Assembly (NCBI GenBank): GCA_964016885.1
Contig: OZ024742.1
Span: 111,848,001 to 111,912,000 of the forward strand
Source of the DNA: Eledone cirrhosa
Taxonomy: Eukaryota
Reading direction: 5' to 3'
DNA length: 64,000 nucleotides
A model generated the notes under the pieces. That model worked only from the letters and a program-made list of their open reading frames with translations. It was not told the DNA's origin and made no database searches. Made by a program: the position numbers and the translations under genes. This document shows, piece after piece, positions 15,228-30,613 of this stretch. Within the stretch, counting starts at the first letter, position 1. Each line of letters starts with the position of its first letter.

Positions 15228-16645
15228 CACATATACACACATATACACATATACATACACACACACACATACACATACACATATACATATACATATCTTT
15301 TTCAAAAAATTGCATAGAATATATTAACTAGGTATATATCCAAAACTCATCCCATTCTATGATTACATGACATTCTGCAATTCGTCTGTATAAGGATACT
15401 AATTTTAAGCAAATTAAAATTAAAATTTTTAGGTTGATTAAAACTAAAACCAAATAATAAATATATTTCTAAAATGTATATTAATTAGGTCTATAATACT
15501 AAAAATTATTTCTCTGTCATTGGATACACGATATTATTTTGTTATATTTTATCTGTAAAAGAATTATAATAAAAGGTTTAAATAAATTAAAATTAATCTA
15601 TAAGTTAAATTACTAAGTATATATTAGTAATATTTAAAGGTTTTTCACAATTTATGATTACATAATATTTTATATTCTCATCTGTAATAAAATTTTAATT
15701 AAATTAAATTTATAGGTTAACTAACATTTAAATTAAATTAATTTCTAAAATAGTGTTATTAATTAGGTTTATAATATTTAAATGTTTTTTTTAGTTTATG
15801 ATTACACGATATAACTAATTCCTGTCGTTTATTTAATAAGATATCTTTAGACTTCATTATTTCAAATAGTTCTTGGGAACATAATCTACATTCATTTCTA
15901 TTATTTTGATAAGGGGTGGCTCTTTTGAGCACACTCCAGGTCAAATCATATTTTATATTCTTATTTTTATAACTATTGATTTTTTCTGCTAGAGATGTTG
16001 TATTAGCCAGTGCGGCATTTTTAAAACTATGCTTGTGGGTATTAAACCTTGTCTTAAAATTGTTAGAGGTAGCTCCTATATATGAGCAAATAGAATCTTT
16101 AGTTTTAACATTACATTTATAGACTATGTTGTTAACAAGACAATTCCCTTTTAATGGGCAGTTTGCTTTGTTTCTACAGTTACATCCTTTCGTTAATTCT
16201 GTATTTGAGGAGATATTATGGTTAATTTGATGTACTGGTGGTATACTTATGGTTTTCTTACATTTATATGCATTATATGCACTTATATTTTGTTTTATGT
16301 TATTTGTTGTAGAGTATGAGAATTTAACTGTAGACCTATTTAAGATTTGATGGTATTTGTGGTTTGGCGGGAAGTTTTTCTCAAGGATATAAAAAAATTT
16401 TTTAGCAATATTATCCTTAACTTGTAAATTAAAAGGAGCATTATACCAAGTAACCCGTCTATTACGGTTTCTATGTTGTTTATTATTTTTATTATTTTTA
16501 TAGGTTGTATCGTGATTTTTACTAGGAGGATTAATGTTAATGATCTCACCACAACTATTTTTAGTTATATTTGTAGATTTAGGTGTTTTATCCTTTTTAT
16601 TAGGAGTTTTATTATTAATATTTATTATAGTTGTATGATGAGTAG
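11073..16645 (-). mobile_element. Inverted 5'-truncated copy (~5.6 kb) of the PLE at 16741-23887
   Basis: 11209-16645 is the near-identical reverse complement of ~18467-23887, shown by mirrored ORFs (e.g. 11503-11733 / 23363-23593). An extra ~135-bp terminus ends TTGGTAGATTTATCTACA at (TA)n. Confidence 0.92.
11262..11416 (-). ncRNA. Type I hammerhead ribozyme with long stem II
   Basis: Mirror of 23680-23833. Confidence 0.75.
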
Positions 16646-16912
16646 ATTTATCTACATAATTTATCTACATAATTTATCTACATAATTATTATAGTTGTAT
16701 TATGAGTAGATTTATCTACATATTTATTATAGTTGTATGATTGGTAGATTTATCTACATAATTTTGCTCCTATTTTCACGGAAATATTCGTATTTTTGTA
16801 CTGTATGTGTGTATTAATTTTATATTTATGTATAAACATATATATATGTATGATTTTGTAAACCCATATACATTTAGTTGAGCTCTTTCAATTGTCCATC
16901 ATCCATATCACA

Positions 16913-19354
16913 ATGGAAAAACAATATTTAGGAACCTCCTTAAAAAACATACCAATACCTTCTAAGGATGACTTCTTACTCCTTATGATTCAGAAAACTA
17001 ATAATTTTATCAGAAGGGTTAGATGGAGAGCCTACCACTTCGATAGAAAATCTAAACAAGCAGATCGGAAATATATGTATGATTTCAATACTTACAAGAA
17101 TCCACCACACAACTTTTTACTTGAAGACTTCGAGAAAGACCTTTTTAATTTAATTAAACACCTCAAATTTAAAAAGTATAAATCCGTCTTTCAAAAGGAC
17201 CTTGATTCTACCCTATTGGACCTAAAAAAGTCTAAAAAAATCCATGTCCACTCGGACAAAACTGGTAACTTGTATCATATGGATATTGAACATTATAACG
17301 AGTTCATATATAAAGAACTCAGAAAAAATTATAAAAAATCTAATAATGTGTCACTCACCAACATCAACAACAAAACACACAACATAGTAAAAAAACTAAA
17401 CATTGAAGATAGAACTGAACCTTTGGCATTGAAAAGACCACACTTCAACCTGAAAGATCAGAAATCTAACTTTAACTCAAATCCTTCTATTAGACTTATA
17501 TGTCCCTCCAAATCAGATATTGGAATAATTAGCAAAAAATTTTTAGATAGAGTCATCCCACAAATAAGAAAACACGTTATTTTACCACTCTGGGAAAACA
17601 CCTCCCAGGTAATTAACTGGTTTAAAAATATTAGGTGTAAATCTTCTGCTTCTTTCCTACAATTTGATATAGATAATTACTATTCTTCTATATCACCTAT
17701 ACTCCTGAACAAAGCATTGATATTTGCTAAAAATAGATCTAACTTAACTTTGGATGACATTAACATTATTACACATGCTAGACTAACACTTATTGAATTT
17801 CAGAATGAATACTGGACCAGAAACACATACAGTAATCTTTTTGATATTACTATGGGTTCAAGCGATTCCGCCCAAATTACTGATCTTGTGGGCCTCTTTC
17901 TCCTTTTCAACATAAATGCCTCTTTTCCCCACCTCAAAGGTGGTTTATATCGTGATGACTGTCTTCTTCTTTCTAACAACCTTAGCCTTTCAGAAATTGA
18001 AAAAAACAAAAAACATATTAGAACTTTCCTTAAAGACTATTATAATCTTAATATTACTTTTGAAAAAACAAGTAAAGTAGTAAATTTCCTAGATATAACT
18101 TTAGATTTAGCTACGGGTATCTACCAACCTTACCATAAACCTAACCAAAACTTACATTACATACACTCACAATCTAATCACCCTAAATCTATCCTTAAAA
18201 ACCTTGCATATAATATATCACTTAGAATTTCTAACCTTTCTTCTAACCAAGATGTATTTGATAAAAATGCGACCTTCTATAACGAAGCTCTAGATAGAAG
18301 TGGCCACAAAAATAGATTAGAGTATATACCTTCTACTAAAAATACTGAAAGCATACAACATAATATTACCAACAAACACCAAATGAAAAGTACACACCTA
18401 AATGCCACCCACACTATACCCCAAAATACCAAATCTTCTAATATAAAGTATAGTAACTCTCAAAAAACTACTCATCATACAACTATAATAAATATTAATA
18501 ATAAAACTCCTAATAAAAAGGATAAAACACCTAAATCTACAAATATAACTAAAAATAGTTGTGGTGAGATCATTAACATTAATCCTCCTAGTAAAAATCA
18601 CGATACAACCTATAAAAATAATAAAAATAATAAACAACATAGAAACCGTAATAGACGGGTTACTTGGTATAATGCTCCTTTTAATTTACAAGTTAAGGAT
18701 AATATTGCTAAAAAATTTTTTTATATCCTTGAGAAAAACTTCCCGCCAAACCACAAATACCATCAAATCTTAAATAGGTCTACAGTTAAATTCTCATACT
18801 CTACAACAAATAACATAAAACAAAATATAAGTGCATATAATGCATATAAATGTAAGAAAACCATAAGTATACCACCAGTACATCAAATTAACCATAATAT
18901 CTCCTCAAATACAGAATTAACGAAAGGATGTAACTGTAGAAACAAAGCAAACTGCCCATTAAAAGGGAATTGTCTTGTTAACAACATAGTCTATAAATGT
19001 AATGTTAAAACTAAAGATTCTATTTGCTCATATATAGGAGCTACCTCTAACAATTTTAAGACAAGGTTTAATACCCACAAGCATAGTTTTAAAAATGCCG
19101 CACTGGCTAATACAACATCTCTAGCAGAAAAAATCAATAGTTATAAAAATAAGAATATAAAATATGATTGAACCTGGAGTGTGCTCAAAAGAGCCACCCC
19201 TTATCAAAATAATAGAAATGAATGTAGATTATGTTCCCAAGAACTATTTGAAATAATGAAGTCTAAAGATATCTTATTAAATAAACGACAGGAATTAGTT
19301 ATATCGTGTAATCATAAACTAAAAAAAACATTTAAATATTATAAACCTAATTAA
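16913..19354 (+). pseudogene. PLE RT / GIY-YIG endonuclease ORF (~813 codons) with one in-frame TGA at 19169
   Basis: SLKNIP, DKTGNLY, RLICPSKSDIG, QFDIDNYY, MGS, GLYRDD, FLDITL, SNHP, WYNAPF, CNCRNKANCPLKGNC, IVY..YIG. The frame continues after TGA: TWSVLK..CRLCSQE..LLNKRQE..CNHK. Confidence 0.9.
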
Positions 19355-19885
19355 TAACACTATTTTAGAAATTAATTTAATTTAAATGTTAGTTAACCTA
19401 TAAATTTAATTTAATTAAAATTTTATTACAGATGAGAATATAAAATATTATGTAATCATAAATTGTGAAAAACCTTTAAATATTACTAATATATACTTAG
19501 TAATTTAACTTATAGATTAATTTTAATTTATTTAAACCTTTTATTATAATTCTTTTACAGATAAAATATAACAAAATAATATCGTGTATCCAATGACAGA
19601 GAAATAATTTTTAGTATTATAGACCTAATTAATATACATTTTAGAAATATATTTATTATTTGGTTTTAGTTTTAATCAACCTAAAAATTTTAATTTTAAT
19701 TTGCTTAAAATTAGTATCCTTATACAGACGAATTGCAGAATGTCATGTAATCATAGAATGGGATGTGTTTTGGATATATACCTAGTTAATATATTCTATG
19801 CAATTTTTTGAAAAAGATATGTATATGTATATGTGTATGTGTATGTGTGTGTGTGTATGTATATGTGTATATGTGTGTATATGTG

Positions 19886-19928
<43 letters not shown>

Positions 19929-21074
19929 ATATATATGTATATATGTATGTGTATGCATATGTATATGTATGCGTATTAATTTTGATTTCTATTTGCATAT
20001 AATTATATTATGCTATTGATGAAATACAATATCTGCTTTATGTATTGTATACCTAATTAACATATACTATTGAAATAAATATATAATTTTTAATTTAGTT
20101 AACCTATAATTTATATTCTACTACCGATATAATACTTTATTTTATTTTTATTTGTGTTTTTTTTTTTTTTTTTTTTTTTTTTTTTCCCTATTACTAAATT
20201 CATTTCCTAATATTGATACCATAACGTTATTAACTTTAATTTAGTTATACTGTAATTAATACTCTACTACTGTTTAACTTCAAAATTCTGCTTCAAATAT
20301 TATAAACCTAACTAATTTACACCTTAGAAATCAATATGTTGACTATCTTTGGTTTAGTTAACATATGATTAATGGTATACTTGTTTATTTTGAGATGCAT
20401 AGATTTTGCCTTAGTTCTTGTTTGTTGTATTTCCTAACACTGAAAATATGTAAGAACATACATTGGATAAAGATACGGAAAATATTCTATGTTTCTTGAA
20501 ACATATATTTACTTTGATCCCCTTCTCCAAACCCCCCCCTTTCCCCCATACTATTATCATCTGTATTTGTAAGCGTCTATGTATGAATATATATGTAGGT
20601 AGGTGTCTATATAGGTTTGGGTATTTATATCTAAATATAAAAATACATATATGCGCATGCAAATATGAATGTAAGATTGTGTGTGTATATATGAGTGTAT
20701 GTATGTATGTATATATGTGTATATATGCATATATATATGTATGTGTATGTGAATGTGTGTACGTATATGTGTATGTATGTGTATATATGTGTGTATATAT
20801 ATATGTATGCATGTATATATAGGAATATATATATATGTATATATATATGTATATGTATATGCGTGTGTATGTATGTGTGTGTATGTGTGTTGTATATATA
20901 TGTATGTCTCTCTATTTATATGTCTATCTTCGTATCTATGTGATATATGTGTGTGTGTGTGTGCATGTATGCATATGTATGTGGTTGTGTGTATATATGT
21001 GTATGTGTGTATATATGTGTGTGTGCACACACACACATATATATATGTGAGTGTGTATATGTGTCTGTGTATAT

Positions 21075-21143
<69 letters not shown>

Positions 21144-21235
21144 TGTCTATGTGTGAATATATGTCTATATTCGTGTATGTGTGTATTTATGTATGTATAT
21201 GTTTATATGTATGTATGTATATGTATGTATGTATG

Positions 21236-21276
<41 letters not shown>

Positions 21277-21863
21277 TATTCTTTATTATTATAATATAAC
21301 TTAAGTGTATGTGTGTATAAGTTAGGTTGTGTATGTGTATATAATATGTGTATATATAAGTGTAAAAAAATATATATATATATGTGCATGTCTGTTTTTT
21401 ATGTGTGTGTATATATATATATATATATATACGTGTGTATATATATGTATATGTGGGTGTTTGTATGTGTATTTATGCTGGTATGAGTGTGTGGATATCT
21501 ATGTGTATATATATATATATATATGTATGAGTGTATGTGTGTATATATATATATATACATGTGTATATATATATATATATATATATATGTGTATGTATAT
21601 GTGTATATATATATCTCTATTAATGCGTGTGTGTATGTATATACATATGCCTTTTTATTATTATTTTTATTTGTATGTCTGAGTTAGGTGAGGTTGTAGT
21701 GGTTTTTTTATGTATATACGCATATATGGATGCGTATGTATTTGTATATATGAGTATAAGTAAATGCATATGTATGTATGATTATATATCTAATTCTATG
21801 TATGAATATACATGTATATATATGTGTGTATGTAAGTTGTGTGTGTATGTATCTATATGTCTA

Positions 21864-21904
<41 letters not shown>

Positions 21905-21973
21905 CGATGTACGTATATGTATGTACATGTATGTCTATGTATGTGTGTATGTATGTGTTTGTATATTTAGGTG

Positions 21974-22030
<57 letters not shown>

Positions 22031-22688
22031 ATATATATATGTATATATCTTTATTATTTATTTTTTATATATATGTCTATGTGTGTATGTGTTTGCGTGT
22101 GTGTGTGTATATATATATATCTTTATATATGTGTATGTGTATGTTCGTGTAGGTGTATGTGTGTGTATGACTGTATATGTATGTGTATATGTGTGTATGC
22201 GTAAATATTTCTATGTGTGTGTACATGTATGTATGTGTATATATCTGTATGTGTATGTATGTGTATTTGTATGTGTATGTATATATATATATATATATAT
22301 ATGTATATGTTATATATATATATCTATATGTATATGTGTGTGTATGTATATATATATATATATATATATATCTATATGTTTTTCTATTTGTATATGTATG
22401 TGTGTATAGGTATATACCTTCCTCTTTGTATTTCTAAGTTGTGTGATAGTGTAGTGGTGTTTGTATGTATATACCGTTATATAGATGCGTAAGTATTTGT
22501 CTGTATGTGTATATATGTAAGTCTGTATATATTTGTGTGTATGTATAGCTATGTATGTGTATATCTGTATGTATATTAGTATGTAAGTGTTGTATATGTG
22601 CATGTATGTGTGTGGTTATATATATCTGTGTCTATATAGTATGTGTAATTATATGTATATGTGTGTGTATATGTACGTGTATGTACAT

Positions 22689-22736
<48 letters not shown>

Positions 22737-22946
22737 ATATATATATGTATGTGTATTTGTATGTATATGTGTATATGTATGTATGTGTGTATATGTATAT
22801 GTTTTTATATATGTGTGTATATGTATGTTCTTAGTGTGGATGTGTGTATATGTATGTATGTGTTTATATATGTGTGTATATTTATGTATGGATATGTGTG
22901 TGTCTATGTGTATATATATGTATGTTTTTGTATATATATATATGTA

Positions 22947-22989
<43 letters not shown>

Positions 22990-23679
22990 ATATATGTCTA
23001 TATATATATATATATTTATTTTCTTGATATATTTCTTTTTTCTTTTTTCTTTTTTCTTTTTTCTGTTTTTCTTTCTATTCTTTCCTCTTTAATGTTTTAT
23101 TTATTATATTTTATTGTTTTATTTTTTTATTTTTTTATTTTTCTTAGTTTATAGATACATTTATATTAGGCAGTCTGCTCAGACAGTTGAATACTGACCC
23201 CTCCCCCCCCTCCCACCTAATTTCTGTATCTTGATCTAAAAATGTGTGTGCCAGTGTTTTATGTGAGTGAATTAATATCCATGTGCTTATGATTTTATAT
23301 CTACATATATAAATGTGAGTGGGGGTGTGTGTGTGTTTGTATGTTCGTGGTTATGTGTATATTTATGCATATACGCGCGTGTATGTGTGATTGTACGGAT
23401 ATGTGTGAGTATGAAAAAATATATGTATATACTTGACTTCATAAGTGTCAATACGCATCTTATCTGCGCATTGTAAGCTTACAGAGACATTAACCTTGAA
23501 ATTTTGTATTTGCATCCATCCTTTTAGTATGCGTATACAAATTATACATACATTTTTGTAAAATATGTGTAAGGGTTTTACATGTATATACACACACCGA
23601 ACTGCATTTAACCCTTTGTGTTTTCATTGGTCAATTTTGAACTGAAATTTTGAATTGTTGTTATTATCAATAAATATAC

Positions 23680-23833
23680 TTCATTATTTCTGAAGACGGC
23701 GTATATATGTGTTTGGTATGTATATTTAATCTTGATAATTTGTATAATTTTGTATAATTTTGTACATAGATCTGTTGAATATGCTACCAATTCTAACACA
23801 TATATATCCTAGAAACGATCGTTAAATAATGAA
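23680..23833 (+). ncRNA. Type I hammerhead ribozyme with long stem II
   Basis: Stem I TTCATTATTT/AAATAATGAA (10 bp), CTGAAGA, ~115-nt domain II containing TATATATGTGTT/AACACATATATA, then GAAA-CGATCG-TT. Confidence 0.78.
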
Positions 23834-23878
23834 CTTTTTTTGTTTAATATAAGGAATTGTTTATTCATTATTTGTTTA

Positions 23879-23925
<47 letters not shown>

Positions 23926-24257
23926 ATATATATATAAAGAGAGATACAACAATACAAAACGAAAGGTGCATTTACGTCATTTTATTAATTCTATGCATCT
24001 TTCGTAAATTTGTTCATTTTACGTGTTTCCTGAGAGCAAAGAGGTTTTGTTAAGTATGGAACATTTCGCTAGAATATACTCGCTAAACGATATATGTTCA
24101 GCCAGTGAGGATAGAAATGATTTAATAATATCTATATTTCACTCCCCTGAAGCCAGTGTTCTAAATTGTATTAAATGTTCACATATCTATCTCCCTCTCA
24201 CTCCCTCACCCTTCCTCTCTCCCTCGATATATATATATATATATATACATATATAGT

Positions 24258-25545
24258 TATACTTCGGGATGGTCATGCTGCCAATAAAAATACGCACCTG
24301 TTAGTTTTCACTTCAATGTATTATACATTTCTGGCTGGTTGGTTGGTTGGTTCAATAACCGGATGGTTGTTTATATATTTTCAAGGCTCTTTCGTCACAA
24401 ATACTGTGCCAACCGCATGCAATTCTCTTGCTAAAATCAGAGAGACAAGATCAGCGTATAAAGAGGTGCCAGAACCAAATTGGCAAATGTTGTAGAAAAT
24501 GATGTAAATAGGACTTGCCCCATGTATAGGAGCACATTTTGGAACAGAATAGAAACGATTAGGAATAAGGCAAATAAAGTAAGGTCTTGGTATGAAAGCA
24601 AACATTACCAGGGTGTAATGTTCGTCAATACAACCCCGAGAGGCGAACTAGCTTACAAAATTAGAAGGGTTCTAGACAAGCTCAAATTAAATATCAAGAA
24701 AGCTGAAATAGAAGTTATTCCCATAAATACCCTAATCAGTAAAGCATAACCATTTCAAAGAACCCTTGCACTGATAGGAAATGCATAAACTGCAAGGTGT
24801 ACCCGCAAACTAACTGCAAAACTAGGAACGTAGTATATAGCATAAGATGTACTGAGGGACAGTGTAGGAATAAGAACATAGCATACATAGGTAAAACAGC
24901 TCGTATCATAAGAGAAGGAATAAGTGAACACTGGCGAGAACTCCTGGATGGTAAAACCCTCTTCAGTACTCCACCAACATGCAAACATAAAACACAGGGG
25001 AACATTAGAGAACATAGTGATAACAATTATATCCACACTCAGAAAAGATGCAATGCTCACACAAATCACAGAGGCGACAACATAAACGAATTCTAATCAA
25101 AACTACAGAGCAAACATGAGTGAAATAGTAACATTGCAACTAGTAATTAATGATAAAATGAAAACATACAGACACCCACAAAAAGCAAACTAACAAATCA
25201 AATTAGACATACACAGATAGAACAAATAACAAACTAAATAAACACATAAATAAATAAATAAAAATGCACGCACACCCTGATGTAACGCATGCGCATATTA
25301 AACACACAAGACACGGCACACAAAAATAGGATGGTGTAGGACAGAACAAAGGAGAGACACAAAATAAAAACATAGTGACCGAGGGTTCACAGGATGTGAG
25401 ACGAATGAGCGTTGACAGGATCTAAACAACCATCCCATTATAGAACTAAGCAACCAATCAACCAACCTGAAATATATGATAAATTGAAGGGATAACCAAG
25501 GTGCATGTGTTTTTATTAGTAGCATCACTCTCCCATAGTACGACA
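24258..25545 (+). mobile_element. Degraded PLE 3' fragment of a different (Neptune-like) clade, with an inverted 3'-end copy at 24258-24410
   Basis: VMFVNTTPRGELA, CTDRKCINC, NCKTRNVVYSIRC..AYIGKTAR..ISEH. 24258-24410 is a diverged reverse complement of ~25395-25545. Confidence 0.7.
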
Positions 25546-25630
25546 ATATATGTTTCAACACACGTTTTCAGATAAGAAATTTTGCAAAGCAAATTCAAAA
25601 CGAAGTATATGTGTATGTATATATACATAA

Positions 25631-25684
<54 letters not shown>

Positions 25685-25743
25685 GTGAGGTTTTTTTTAG
25701 AAAATGAAAAATAGCCGAGGTGTCCTACACGAGTGGAAGTATA

Positions 25744-26035
25744 AAGAAAAAGGGATGAAATCGAAAATGCAACTGAAGTCTTATTTTTTAAAAAAATATA
25801 TATATTTATTTGGTTCCTTTACCGGTTTCGCAGTTCTTCTGCTTTTCAAAAGGTGAGTTGAGATGGAGGGTCTGTGGTTTTTCTCACATCTGATGTGAGA
25901 AAAACGACAGACCCTCCATTTCAACTCACCTTTTGAAAAGCAGAAGAACTGCGAAACCGGTAGAGGAACCAAATAAATATATATATTTTAAAAAAAAATA
26001 AGACTTCAGTTGCATTTTCGATTTCATCCCTTTTT

Positions 26036-26038
<3 letters not shown>
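25744..26038. repeat. Near-perfect fold-back palindrome (~147-bp arms, 1-nt loop at 25891) with a degenerate hammerhead in each arm
   Basis: Centre CACATC-T-GATGTG. Each arm contains CCTT-TTGAAAA-GCAG aagaa CTGC-GAAA-CCGG-TA-(A/G)AGG. Confidence 0.9.
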
Positions 26039-26095
<57 letters not shown>

Positions 26096-26193
26096 TTATT
26101 CTGTGTTCATTCGGGAGTATCCACAGTAAATAAGGTATCCAATACATAGCAGAATATATATAGAAATTCTTCACCAGATTCACTTGGAGAGTC

Positions 26194-26244
26194 AGCTTTC
26201 TGATGATTTCTCACGAATGAAAGAGTTCTTGGGCTGTAGAAGCT
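26194..26244 (+). ncRNA. Type I hammerhead ribozyme in a ~165-bp island between (TA)n tracts
   Basis: AGCTTT-CTGATGA-tTTC tcac GAAt-GAAA-gAGTTC tt GGGCTg-TA-GAAGCT. Confidence 0.7.
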
Positions 26245-26256
26245 TTTCTATATTAA

Positions 26257-26803
<547 letters not shown>

Positions 26804-27034
26804 ACCCTTCTACCTTTGTTTTGTTTTATTCTTTGTCTCTCTCAATTTTCACTTTATCCTATTTCTCCTATCTATCATTCACTTCCTACCTCGAGATTTC
26901 CCTCTGCATTGTTGTGGCTTTCTAAACTACGTATTTTACACATTTCACAATGCTTCAAGCAAACTTTAACACCCTCATATATATATATATACATATATAT
27001 ATATTATTATGTAATAAACAACATAAGGCAATTA

Positions 27035-27094
27035 TTCCATTTACCAGTGGTTTCTTAAAAGCAAAAGGTTTTGCTTTCAATCCTCAGAATGAAA
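27035..27094 (-). ncRNA. Type I hammerhead ribozyme (intact core)
   Basis: TTTCATT-CTGAGGA-TTGAAAGCAAAA cc TTTTGCTTTTAA-GAAA-CCACTGG-TA-AATGGAA. Confidence 0.82.
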
Positions 27095-27436
27095 AAATCC
27101 TGGTTTGTTTATTGAAATTGGATTTTAAAAAACAAAAATGCAATCTATATGAAACTGAGGCTGGAGAAGGGAGAAGGAAAGGAAAAATAAAATAAAACTA
27201 CACATGCAAACACACACACAAAAACACAAAAGCATACTTACACACACATTCATATATACATATATATATGTACGCATACATATATACATATACACATATA
27301 TATAAAACGTACACTTTCATACACATACACATATATACACATATACACATACATACATTCATACATACACACACACACCCACACACACACACATACACAC
27401 ACATACACACACACACATATATATATTTATTTTCAT

Positions 27437-27579
27437 TTAGTCCAGAATTAGCCGTCGAAACGGCTTGAACTCAGCTGTCGGGGTCTTACTGGTTCCTATT
27501 ACCCACTCTACTACCTCAAGTATTGAGTACTTTGGTGCGTTATGGTCCACCTGGTTCCTTACCACATTTCCTTCGTTAT

Positions 27580-27582
<3 letters not shown>
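27437..27582 (+). mobile_element. Isolated 3' terminus related to the PLE at 8903-10890
   Basis: CAAGTATTGAGTACTTTGGTGCGTTATGGTCCACCTGGTTCCTTACCACATTTCCTTCGTTAT is the reverse complement of ~8903-8964. Followed by (TA)n. Confidence 0.7.
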
Positions 27583-27613
<31 letters not shown>

Positions 27614-28013
27614 ACATACATACACATGTGTGTGTAAACGCATACACATACACAAACATAGCCATACACACACACATATACATACACACATTCACACAAA
27701 CATACAAAACGTACATATATACACATACATGAATGCACTCCTCTACATATTCACACACGCAAATAAATATAAGAAAAAAAAAATATATATATTAAAAAAT
27801 GTTTGAAACCGTTACATGAGGCAGCTAACAGGACAGACACGCGTGGTAAGTAATACACACAAAAGTACGTATACATACGTACGAAATAGTAAACACATAC
27901 ACACACTCTCACACATAAATATACATATACAAATACATAAACACATACATACACATACATACACAAACACGCACACGTATACAATATATACACACATGTA
28001 TATGTAATTATAT

Positions 28014-28048
<35 letters not shown>

Positions 28049-28209
28049 CAAAATATAAACGCACACACACACACACATATACGTATACATACACACACAT
28101 ATACATACATAGCTAAACAATTATACACATGCAAATACGTATATATCATAAACACGCACAACCAAATACAAACACACACACACACACACACACAAACATA
28201 TATATAAAT

Positions 28210-28274
<65 letters not shown>

Positions 28275-28339
28275 TACACATATACGTACACATACACATA
28301 TGCATACACATACACACACACATATACATGTGTGTATGT

Positions 28340-30585
<2,246 letters not shown>

Positions 30586-30613
30586 TATTATATATACTAT
30601 ATATATATATATA

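Larger units (their letters stand above)
16741..23887 (+). mobile_element. Near full-length PLE (Naiad-like) with ~4.5-kb microsatellite-rich 3' region
   Basis: Leader, RT + GIY-YIG ORF, long TA/TG mosaic, terminal hammerhead, (TA)n. Confidence 0.92.

Noticed and set aside
19169-19171. Selenocysteine recoding of the in-frame TGA (some Naiad PLEs are reported to encode selenoproteins)
   Set aside because: The position is Leu (TTG/CTG) in the two other copies, not Cys. All conserved Cys codons are normal and no SECIS was recognised.
27450-27485. Hammerhead remnant (AGCCGT cgaa ACGGCT..CAGCTG TC)
   Set aside because: No CTGANGA and no intact GAAA; too degenerate to call.
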